Shown: positions 56,544 through 64,000 of the stretch, piece after piece
Layout of the letters: the number at the start of each line of letters is the position of its first letter
Numbering within the stretch: the stretch's first letter is position 1
Assembly (NCBI GenBank): GCA_016744065.1
Contig: JADGFA010000021.1
Span: 4,174 to 68,173 of the forward strand
From: Gammaproteobacteria bacterium
GTDB lineage: Bacteria; Pseudomonadota; Gammaproteobacteria; SZUA-229
Direction: 5' to 3'
DNA: 64,000 nucleotides
Notes under the pieces: model-generated
The model's database searches: none
What the model saw: the letters and a program-made list of their open reading frames with translations, nothing else
Told to the model about the DNA's origin: nothing
Position numbers and translations under genes: made by a program

Positions 56544-58433
56544 ATGAGTGAGATGAAATCGCCTGAGCCATGTATTAGTAGCTTTACCTCGGTTAGTGCA
56601 ATGGGTGAGCTAATACTGGAAGCCGTAGGTGAAGGTATATTTGGTATCGACTGTAACGGCATAACGATCTTTGCTAATCCCGCCGCAGCGCGCATGACAG
56701 GATGGAGTGTTGAGGAATTAACCGGGCAAAAAAGTCATGCCATGTTGCACCATACAAAAATAGATGGCTCTGTTTATCATGCTAATGATTGTCCTGTTCA
56801 TGCATCATTTAAAGATGGAGATGTTCATCATGTAGATGATGAAATATTCTGGCGTAAAGATGGTAGTCATTTCCTGGTTGAATATACAAGCACACCGGTT
56901 AAAAAAGAGGGTCAATTATTAGGTGCAGTGGTGGTCTTTAATGATATAACCGAACGTAAGTGTGAGCAGGAAAAAATTAGAAAAATTTATAATGAAAATC
57001 AGCTTATTTTGCACTCAGCAGGTGAGGGTGTTTACGGCCTGTGCTGTGAAGGTAAAACCACTTTTGTAAATCCTGCCGCTGCCGCGATGCTAGGTTATGA
57101 GGTTGAAGAACTAAAAGGTCAGCCTATGCACAGTCTTTTACATCACACCCATGCCGATGGATCTGATTACCCAAATATAGAGTGTCCTATTTATGCTGCA
57201 TTTAAAGATGGGTCAGTTCATCATGTGGATGATGAAGTGTTCTGGCGTAAAGATGGCAGTAGTTTTCCAGTTGAATACACCAGTACGCCTATAAAACAGG
57301 ATGGTAAACTGTTAGGTGCTGTGGTGGTATTTAATGATGTAACAAAGCGTAAGCAGGCCGAAGAAGAGTTACAGAAAGCTTACGCAGAAGTAGAAAAAAT
57401 GAAGCAGCGGCTGGAAGCTGAAAATACTTACTTACAGGAAGAAATTAGAACTAAGCATAATTTTAAGGAAATTGTTGGTCAGAGTTGTCCAATTAAACAG
57501 GTGTTAAATCAGATTGAGCTGGTTGCGCCTACCATGGCCAATGTATTAATTATTGGTGAGTCTGGCACAGGTAAAGAACTTATCGCCCGTGCAATTCATG
57601 ATAGAAGTGAACGCAGTGATCGACCTTTAATAAGGGTTAACTGCGCAGCAATACCCAATGAGCTGTTTGAGAGTGAATTTTTTGGTCATATGCGTGGTTC
57701 ATTTACCGGTGCTATTAAAAACAGAACAGGCCGATTTGAGCTGGCAGATGGGGGTACCATATTTCTTGATGAAGTAGGTGAAATACCCATTGATTTACAA
57801 AGTAAATTACTACGGGTTTTGCAGGAAGGTCAGTTTGAGCGAGTAGGGGATGAAGCGACACGAACAGTTGATGTGCGTATTATTGCCGCGACGAATCGTG
57901 ACCTGAGAAAAGAAGTTGAAAAGGGAAATTTCAGAGAGGATTTATATTTTCGATTAAATGTTTTTCCAGTGGAAGCGGTGCCATTAAGAGACAGGCTGGA
58001 TGATATACCACTTTTGGCAGAGCATTTTATTACAATCATATGTAAGCGTATTAATAGAGAAATTCCAAAGCTAACCAATGCCAATGTTAAGCAGCTTCAG
58101 ACTTATGCCTGGGGGGGGAATATACGTGAGTTACAGAATGTAATTGAACGGGCGATTATTGTAGGCAAGGGAAACAGACTTATATTTAATTTACCAAAAA
58201 ATAAAAATGAACATATAGACGCTGTGCAGGAAAGTGTTAATTCAACAGATTCTGATTTACCCTATAATGAAATAGAACGGTTAGCGCGTGATAAAATAAA
58301 TATCATAGCGGCATTGACCTATACCAGGGGAAAAATATCTGGTGCGGAAGGTGCAGCGGAGTTACTGGGGATTAAACCTACAACACTCGCTTCAAGAATG
58401 AAATCACTGGGAATTGATAAAAAAGACATATAG
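56544..58433 (+). CDS. sigma54-dependent transcriptional activator, PAS-PAS-AAA+-HTH
   Basis: Two tandem PAS domains, Walker [15 protein letters not shown]-type loop [12 protein letters not shown], Walker [19 protein letters not shown], and the Fis-type [24 protein letters not shown]. Confidence 0.92.
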   Translation: MSEMKSPEPCISSFTSVSAMGELILEAVGEGIFGIDCNGITIFANPAAARMTGWSVEELTGQKSHAMLHHTKIDGSVYHANDCPVHASFKDGDVHHVDDEIFWRKDGSHFLVEYTSTPVKKEGQLLGAVVVFNDITERKCEQEKIRKIYNENQLILHSAGEGVYGLCCEGKTTFVNPAAAAMLGYEVEELKGQPMHSLLHHTHADGSDYPNIECPIYAAFKDGSVHHVDDEVFWRKDGSSFPVEYTSTPIKQDGKLLGAVVVFNDVTKRKQAEEELQKAYAEVEKMKQRLEAENTYLQEEIRTKHNFKEIVGQSCPIKQVLNQIELVAPTMANVLIIGESGTGKELIARAIHDRSERSDRPLIRVNCAAIPNELFESEFFGHMRGSFTGAIKNRTGRFELADGGTIFLDEVGEIPIDLQSKLLRVLQEGQFERVGDEATRTVDVRIIAATNRDLRKEVEKGNFREDLYFRLNVFPVEAVPLRDRLDDIPLLAEHFITIICKRINREIPKLTNANVKQLQTYAWGGNIRELQNVIERAIIVGKGNRLIFNLPKNKNEHIDAVQESVNSTDSDLPYNEIERLARDKINIIAALTYTRGKISGAEGAAELLGIKPTTLASRMKSLGIDKKDI

Positions 58434-58472
58434 TTTATTTTACAAATAATTGTTTATTAATGTGGCTAAATT

Positions 58473-59084
58473 TTACAGTGATTTAAATTTATTTTTAATA
58501 ATTACATCCTCTAGTGGTAGCTGTCCAGGTCTGGGCCATGCAGGTTTAATTTCTTTACCAATGGCCAGGCACATGGTTATTACATGGTCTTCAGGAAGAT
58601 GTATGACTTTAGCTACCTTATTATAATCAAATCCATCCATAGGGCATGAATCATACCCCATGGACCTGGCGCTTAACATTAAGGTCTGTGCAGCAATACC
58701 ACAGGAGCGCATGGCTTCATCACGTTGTACCTGATGCCTGTTTCGATAATAATTATCCATTGCAGATAACATTATTTCCCTTAACGCTTTAGATGCATTT
58801 CTCCAGTACCGTTGAGTTCCTTTTTCCCAGGATTTTAAATCAGCGCAAAGTACAATGAATAATGAGGCATCCGTTACCTGTGCCTGATCCCATGCATGTG
58901 ATCTGATTTTGTTTCTTATTTCAATATCTTCTATTATTACAAAGCGCCAGTTCTGTTGATTGAAAGCAGTGGGTGATAAAATAGCTAATGAGAGTAACTT
59001 GTTTATTTCCATTTCACTGAAGCTATATAGTGGGTCAAAATGTTTAATTGATCGACGCGTGATAATGGCTTCTTCGGTATTCAT
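58473..59084 (-). CDS. FMN-dependent nitroreductase family protein
   Basis: ITRRSIKHF start motif, PTAFNQQNWRFVII, and ~200 aa length. Confidence 0.85.
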   Translation of the reverse strand: MNTEEAIITRRSIKHFDPLYSFSEMEINKLLSLAILSPTAFNQQNWRFVIIEDIEIRNKIRSHAWDQAQVTDASLFIVLCADLKSWEKGTQRYWRNASKALREIMLSAMDNYYRNRHQVQRDEAMRSCGIAAQTLMLSARSMGYDSCPMDGFDYNKVAKVIHLPEDHVITMCLAIGKEIKPAWPRPGQLPLEDVIIKNKFKSL

Positions 59085-59117
59085 TGGGGTTCCTGTTTGC
59101 TTATGTTAATAGTATTA

Positions 59118-59627
59118 TTAAATTAATTTTTTTGGATAAGTTTTTTTAGATAAAAAATTAATAAAAATAAGTGCAATAATAACCAGAGCGATTGAACCGA
59201 TAAAACTGGGCATCAGTAAAAAAGGCCAGTTTGCATTAGCTAAAAATACGATAATTGGATTTGAGCCCGCAGGTGGGTGAACGGTATCTGTCATAATCAT
59301 TAGACCGAGAGCAACCGATAAAGCTAACGCCATGCTCCACCATTGTGGACCAACAAAATGTAAAAATGCCAAACCGATAAAGGTCGATAATAAATGACCT
59401 GCTATGACATTTTTGGGTTGTGAAAATGGGCTTTCAGGATAGCCAAATAATAATACACATGAAGCTCCAAATGAGCCCATGATAAGTGGGTAACCCGTAT
59501 AGTTAGCGAGAAAAGAAATAATGGCAATAGCACTAAATCCACCGAGTGAAGCAAAGAGCGCCTTGTTCATAAGTGAGTTATTATTAAATAGCTTAAAGTC
59601 GGTGTTTTTCTGTTGAAAAAAATTCAT
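59118..59627 (-). CDS. HPP-family integral membrane protein
   Basis: 169 aa with four to five TM helices and the family signature VHPPAGSNP. Confidence 0.85.
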   Translation of the reverse strand: MNFFQQKNTDFKLFNNNSLMNKALFASLGGFSAIAIISFLANYTGYPLIMGSFGASCVLLFGYPESPFSQPKNVIAGHLLSTFIGLAFLHFVGPQWWSMALALSVALGLMIMTDTVHPPAGSNPIIVFLANANWPFLLMPSFIGSIALVIIALIFINFLSKKTYPKKLI

Positions 59628-59779
59628 ATTAGCTCCGAAATATGTCGTGATTCTGTTTGAGGTTATATAAAGACCAGTATTTTAAATTTTTAAGTGTTGG
59701 TCTTTAAAATATTAATCCCTGGTGATTTGTTTTTAATGATAAATTTGTATTTACCGGATTTTAGCTTCATCATTAGTGT

Positions 59780-59917
59780 TTAAGGGCTGGAGAAATGCCC
59801 AGTCAGGAGTGTCGTTGTTATACCGTTAATGCTTTTCGGTGGGGCGGAAAATGTTAGAGCGGGTATTAGAAATGTAATACCGACGATAAGATTTGAAATA
59901 AGTTTTTTAAGTGTCAT
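59780..59917 (-). CDS. possible small exported peptide (45 aa)
   Basis: AAGGAAAAATC precedes the ATG. The product is MTLKKLISNLIVGITFLIPALTFSA/PPKSINGITTTLLTGHFSSP. It is the first ORF downstream of sigma54 promoter P2 and is too short to be in the ORF track. Confidence 0.35.
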   Translation of the reverse strand: MTLKKLISNLIVGITFLIPALTFSAPPKSINGITTTLLTGHFSSP

Positions 59918-59984
59918 GATTTTTCCTTATCTGGTTAGTTTTTAATAACGACCTGGTTGTTAACTGTCTGGTTCGTTAAGAATG

Positions 59985-60002
59985 GAGCACCAGCCATGCC
60001 AG
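59985..60002 (-). promoter_or_regulatory. sigma54 (-24/-12) promoter P2
   Basis: The minus strand reads CTGGCATGGCTGGTGCTC, with GG-N10-GC spacing and TGGCA / TGCT elements. It faces the small ORF, HPP and nitroreductase genes. Confidence 0.75.
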
Positions 60003-60017
60003 AAATTGTTTTTACTT

Positions 60018-60030
60018 TAACCGCATGATA
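60018..60030 (-). promoter_or_regulatory. IHF-like site between UAS and P2
   Basis: The minus strand reads TATCATGCGGTTA, one mismatch from WATCAANNNNTTR. It starts 18 nt from the -24 GG, exactly as at P1. Confidence 0.4.
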
Positions 60031-60068
60031 TTTAAGGTAATAAATTATATTTCACATGGCTGGAGTAA

Positions 60069-60120
60069 TACGATAATTCGGGTATAACGAATAGTCGGGT
60101 GTATTCAACGATATATCGTT
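60069..60120. promoter_or_regulatory. upstream activator sequences: three AACGN-N4-NCGTT-type palindromes
   Basis: TACGATAATTCGGG (60069-60082), AACGAATAGTCGGG (60086-60099) and AACGATATATCGTT (60107-60120). Their centres lie 76, 93 and 114 nt from the -24 GG of P2. Confidence 0.7.
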
Positions 60121-60199
60121 AAAATAAAACTTGTGAAATAGTGTTAGTTTCATTGGGTGGGTGTATTAATATGAAGTTTATTATTTAGAAGGAATATGA

Positions 60200-60925
60200 A
60201 TGATTACTCTTTATCAGTTTCCTATTTCACATTTTTGTGAAAAGGCTCGTTGGGCACTCGATTATAAAAAAATTACTTATGAAACTAAAAACCTGTTGCC
60301 TGGACCGCATGTAAAGCAGGTGATGTCTATGGCAAAAAGACCAGAAGTACCTGTGCTAAAACATGAAAAAAATATTATTCAAAATTCGAATGAAATTATT
60401 GATTATCTGGATAAAACATTTGCAGATAATGCGTTAACGCCAGAAGATGAAGAGAGTCGAATTAAGGTATTGGAGTGGGAGGCTTTTGTTGATAAAGAAG
60501 TAGGGCCAAACTTACGCACATATTTTTATCATACTTTGTTGGAGCATCCGAAATTGTTAATACCTATTTTTACTTATAAAGGGCCCTGGTATGGAAAAAT
60601 TTTTATGAAGTTTTTTTTCCCTGCTTTGCGAGTGAAAATGCTTAAGTTTATGCGGATTAATAATGAAACTGCTGCTCAGGCGAAACAGGATCTCAGGTGT
60701 GCGATAGATAAGCTTAATCATCGCCTTTCAGAACATGAGTTTCTGGTGGGAGAGCACTTTACTCGAGCTGATCTGGCGGCAGCATCTTTATTGGCACCTT
60801 TAGTGCAGCCAGAAAAATATGGTTTACCCTGGCCGTCACCTTTGCCCCTGCCTTTGCAGCAGACAATTGATGAATGGCAGGATGATCTGGTATGGGTTCG
60901 GCAATTATATGATAAGTACAGGTAA
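60200..60925 (+). CDS. glutathione S-transferase family protein
   Basis: N-terminal thioredoxin-like domain (ITLYQFPISHFCEKARWALDYKKITYE ... VPVLKHE) and a helical C-terminal domain. 241 aa. Confidence 0.8.
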   Translation: MITLYQFPISHFCEKARWALDYKKITYETKNLLPGPHVKQVMSMAKRPEVPVLKHEKNIIQNSNEIIDYLDKTFADNALTPEDEESRIKVLEWEAFVDKEVGPNLRTYFYHTLLEHPKLLIPIFTYKGPWYGKIFMKFFFPALRVKMLKFMRINNETAAQAKQDLRCAIDKLNHRLSEHEFLVGEHFTRADLAAASLLAPLVQPEKYGLPWPSPLPLPLQQTIDEWQDDLVWVRQLYDKYR

Positions 60926-60934
60926 TAAACATTA

Positions 60935-60962
60935 AGCCTGAAACGCGTTTCAGGCTATTTTT
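60935..60962. terminator. bidirectional terminator between GST and the AraC-type gene
   Basis: Perfect 22-nt palindrome AGCCTGAAACGCGTTTCAGGCT followed by ATTTTT. Confidence 0.75.
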
Positions 60963-60981
60963 AAATGCTTATTTAAAATAT

Positions 60982-61854
60982 TTATTTTAATGGTAAATAA
61001 ATATCTGTTTTTAACTCATGTTCCTGAACATCGGTAATGAGTGTCAGATAATGAAAAAAGCAGGGGTAGTCACGTAGTTCCTCACCACTCTCCGGTAGCC
61101 ATTCAGCATACATTCGGCAAACGCTTTCACCCACATTATCAAGGCTGCCGTTATGGCGTAATACGGCACAACGGCCACCTTGAATTTCAGCTGATTTTAT
61201 ACCCTGTGAATTCTCTGCAACGTCATCTTTAATTGAGCCACAAATGTCAAAGCGGAATTCTTCTGGTGCTGTGGTTTCCGGGTTGTCATAAACAATGCCA
61301 TAGGATTGGCTAGTTGCCACAGGGGACTGTTTGCTTTGTTTACGCCACTCAATAAATTTACTAACGGATTCATAAACACGATCTGGTGGCCCTCTGTGTT
61401 CCAGCAGTGCAACTTTAGTTTGTTTGAAATTAACGATTTTAATATCCATAACCTGGCATGCCTCATTTTTAGGTAGTGTAAACTGAACCCGGGTGTGCCA
61501 TTCTGGCCACCTGGGCTCGGCTCTAAATTGAGAGGGCGTTTGCTCAAAAGCATGTTTAAATGCACGGGAAAAAGATTCCGGATTTTCAAACTGAGCTTCT
61601 AATGCAATATCGATAACACGGCTTTCTTTATCAAAAGCCAGGCGATAGGATGCACGCTTTAATCGCATTAACTGAACAAACCGCGTAACACTAATGCCGG
61701 TATAGTCAGAAAATTGTCGATGAAAGTGAAATTTTGAAAAATGCGCAATTTGACACAACAAATCTAATGGCATTTCTTCATCCAGGTGTTGATAAATATA
61801 ATCACACACCCGGTGAATTCGCGCTGCATAGGTGCTGGTCTTAGTTCCGCTCAA
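60982..61854 (-). CDS. AraC-family regulator with a GyrI-like effector-binding domain
   Basis: N-terminal double HTH (FSKFHFHRQFSDYTGISVTRFVQLMRLKRASYRL; FENPESFSRAFKHAFEQTPSQFR) and a C-terminal ~150-aa GyrI-like / SOUL-type domain. Confidence 0.85.
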   Translation of the reverse strand: MSGTKTSTYAARIHRVCDYIYQHLDEEMPLDLLCQIAHFSKFHFHRQFSDYTGISVTRFVQLMRLKRASYRLAFDKESRVIDIALEAQFENPESFSRAFKHAFEQTPSQFRAEPRWPEWHTRVQFTLPKNEACQVMDIKIVNFKQTKVALLEHRGPPDRVYESVSKFIEWRKQSKQSPVATSQSYGIVYDNPETTAPEEFRFDICGSIKDDVAENSQGIKSAEIQGGRCAVLRHNGSLDNVGESVCRMYAEWLPESGEELRDYPCFFHYLTLITDVQEHELKTDIYLPLK

Positions 61855-62081
61855 AGCATTTCCTCCTCAATAGGGGGGAGTCTGTCATGTGCTATGAACA
61901 GAAGCCTGACTGAAATTGCTAAAGTTTGCTGATGAGCCTGTCTGTGAGGAGGGGAACAGTCGTGCATTGTATGAATGAGTATTGAGATTAAGAGTAGATA
62001 TTCTATGTTATTGTGGTTTGGAAAGGGTATTTTATTGTGTTTCAATCTGAAACGGGATGCTGCCTTTTGATCCACACTACA

Positions 62082-62157
62082 ACTGTATTCTGAGTGAAGG
62101 CGAAGGGTCTAACTACCCGGGTATTCAAGATCCTTCGCATTTGCTCAGGATGACAGC
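62082..62157. repeat. palindromic repeat element, left arm degenerate
   Basis: ACTGTATTCTGAGTGAAGGCGAAGGGTC - TAACTACCCGGGTATTCAA - GATCCTTCGCATTTGCTCAGGATGACAG. The centre is identical to the 27637 copy. Confidence 0.8.
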
Positions 62158-62462
62158 CATTCGCAGATGATAATTATTTTAAGATGACGATTATTCACAT
62201 CTATTTTTACTTGTGTATTCTTTTGAGAACAAGTTATACATATGCAGATACTTAAGTAGGTGCTGCTAATTAAGTGATTAATTTTATGTTGGTTGTGTGA
62301 TGTTAACAATATTTTTAAAATTGCCTATAATGACTCAAGCATATATTTTCTGTGCTGGTGTTTTTAGTTTTACACAGCCCAGATTCTTTATTGTTAATAA
62401 TTTATTAGTAATAAAGTAAAATACATTAACTCTTAATTTGTATTGCAGAAAGGGATAATAGC

Positions 62463-63305
62463 ATGTCAGAAATTATATTTTTAAATATGGCCGATGATTT
62501 ACACGTTGACGGACATAAAGCCGTTGAAGCCTTAAAAATAAAACACCCAGATCAGTTTAGTAAGTATCGAAAGAAGCGTAAAAAACAGATTGTTGAGATT
62601 GAAATGGTCCCTTTCTTTCGTGCCTGGAAAGCGGGAACGGGTAATGTGGCTGATCTGGTTAAAATTCGAAAGCAGATAACTGAAGCTAAAACGGTAATGC
62701 TCTCTATTCATGGCCCAATGAATTCGGTTAATTATGGTCTTATTCGTGATCCGCAGGGCGGTGGGGGGGAACAGGTTAGTTATCAACTGTTGGGGAGGTT
62801 AATAAGAGCACTGTTTTCTGCTGGACACTGCCATAACTTTACACTGGTGACCTGTTTTGCTGCCAGAAGTGAAAATTATGCTGCCAATCATAACCTGTTA
62901 GCTAATATAGACTGGACTAATAGCTTTGCATATAAATTATTTAATGAGATAACGCCACAGCGTGAAGTACGTATGACGGCTCGTATTGGAGAACTCAGTT
63001 TTAGTACGACGTCCGGAGAGTCTGAAGTTCAAAGCGAGTTATCTATACAGGGGACTATTGATAATGCTGCGTTGCTGGCTGAGGCTGGCGTTGCGGAAAG
63101 CCAGGTCTGGTGGGAAAAAAATGTTTCTCGGTTAATGACGGGGGATACGCATCAACAGTTTGTCATTGATATGACCATAGCTAAGAATCAAGGTGCAGCC
63201 GGATTAGTGGCACTATGTAGTGGTCTAATAGCACCGGACACTTTAATAAGAGATAATACTAATCAATTATTAAGGTGCCAGAATGAGTCAGAAACGGACA
63301 TATAA
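62463..63305 (+). CDS. hypothetical protein, 3' end apparently replaced by IS3 sequence
   Basis: 280-aa ORF. Roughly the last 30 codons (from ~63216) lie inside the probable left end of the downstream IS. The native part carries TVMLSIHGP ... NFTLVTCFAARS (a His-Gly / Cys pair 48 residues apart). Confidence 0.55.
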   Translation: MSEIIFLNMADDLHVDGHKAVEALKIKHPDQFSKYRKKRKKQIVEIEMVPFFRAWKAGTGNVADLVKIRKQITEAKTVMLSIHGPMNSVNYGLIRDPQGGGGEQVSYQLLGRLIRALFSAGHCHNFTLVTCFAARSENYAANHNLLANIDWTNSFAYKLFNEITPQREVRMTARIGELSFSTTSGESEVQSELSIQGTIDNAALLAEAGVAESQVWWEKNVSRLMTGDTHQQFVIDMTIAKNQGAAGLVALCSGLIAPDTLIRDNTNQLLRCQNESETDI

Positions 63306-63573
63306 ACAGTATTCTAAAGAATATAAAGAAGAAGCGGTAGCGCTCGTTAAAGAACAGGGTTATTCGGTGCCGGAGGCAGCGAAATCACTGGGCATAGCTA
63401 GCAATATGTTATATCGTTGGAAAGAACACATTGAATCTCAGCTCGATGGCAAATCATTATCGGTTGATGAACGTGAAGAATTGAAGCGGCTGCGCAAAGA
63501 AAATAAAAACCTACGGATGGAGAAAGAGATTTTAAAAAAGGCCAGCGCCTTCTTCGCGAAAGAAATGAAGTAA
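63283..63573 (+). CDS. IS3-family transposase OrfA
   Basis: 96 aa. YSKEYKEEAVALV...AAKSLGIASNMLYRWK HTH and a leucine-zipper tail ending EILKKASAFFAKE. Confidence 0.9.
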   Translation: MSQKRTYKQYSKEYKEEAVALVKEQGYSVPEAAKSLGIASNMLYRWKEHIESQLDGKSLSVDEREELKRLRKENKNLRMEKEILKKASAFFAKEMK

Positions 63574-64000
63574 AGTTTGTTTTTATTAGAGATGAGTCTA
63601 GGCATTATCCGATTGTCGTTTTATGTCGGATCATGCAAATCGGTACGTCAGCCTATTATGACTGGAATAAGCGACCAGGCAAGCTGATTAGTGGCGATGT
63701 ATTGCATCTCTATCGACGATTGAAGGCCTTATTTAAACGCAGCCGAGATAGTTTGGGTTCTCGCGAGATGATGAAAAAGTTACGCGAAGAAGGTTTTAAA
63801 ATTGGACGCTACAAAGTTCGCAGCTTGATGGCGAAGTTGAACTTGATCGTTCGTCAACGTGTTGCGTACAAAGTGACGACGAAAAGAAATCATCGTAATG
63901 CAGTGGCACTTAATTTGCTAAATCAAAACTTTAATCCGGTTGCACCGAATCAAGTTTGGGCCGGTGATATTACTTACTTAAAAACAGGTGAAGGCTGGAT
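63567..64000 (+). CDS. IS3-family transposase OrfB, N-terminal part (truncated by the window end)
   Basis: The -1 frame reads ...YPIVVLCRIMQIGTSAYYDWNKRPG...SRDSLGSREMMKKLREEGFKIGRYKVRSLM...PNQVWAGDITYLKTGEGW, a typical IS3 OrfB. The slippery AAAAAAG is at 63534-63540. Confidence 0.85.

Larger units (their letters stand above)
63216..64000 (+). mobile_element. second, different IS3-family element (left part; continues beyond the window)
   Basis: orfA plus -1-frame orfB with an A6G slippery site. The left end is probably TGTAGTGGTCTAATAGCACCGGACAC at ~63216; this is not verifiable without the right end. Confidence 0.75.

Overview
The window is visibly AT-rich and looks like chromosomal DNA from a gammaproteobacterial sulfur oxidiser. 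This is an inference from gene content: soxB, DsrE-like and DsrC-like genes, and Pseudomonas-type gene order. About two thirds is conserved housekeeping sequence. The recognisable blocks are sfsA, lolC-lolD, hrcA-grpE-dnaK-dnaJ, dapB, fabD-fabG-acpP-fabF-pabB-pabC-mltG-tmk // holB-pilZ-tatD, hemF, lexA, ppk2 and yajD. Several accessory patches interrupt this backbone. (1) 322-8262 holds soxB, a lipoprotein arylsulfatase, an octahaem/TPR cytochrome, a decayed phosphodiesterase gene and a Cys-rich secreted peptide. (2) A ~3.1-kb insertion splits the normally adjacent tmk and holB (26299-29391). (3) A translationally coupled TonB-receptor / BNR-propeller / CPPC-thioredoxin / TonB operon lies at 40097-44623. 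(4) A decayed island (47003-53342) contains two inverted ~210-bp IS110-type 5' end remnants around a 1.5-kb cargo, an intact IS3-family element, a nonsense-mutated ydeI-like gene and a ParE remnant. (5) My best candidate for an undescribed system is a compact sigma54 module (53464-60120). It has a PAS-PAS-AAA+-HTH activator flanked by two operons, DUF3187-like OMP/cupin/FAD amine oxidase and small peptide/HPP/nitroreductase. Their control regions are collinear: a -24/-12 promoter, an IHF-like site, and three AACGN-N4-NCGTT palindromes at the same distances. (6) A second IS3-family element truncates an orphan gene at the right edge. A 77-bp perfect-hairpin palindromic element occurs in at least three copies plus one half copy. 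I recognised no rRNA, tRNA or CRISPR array. All product calls come from motif recognition by eye; no database search was possible.
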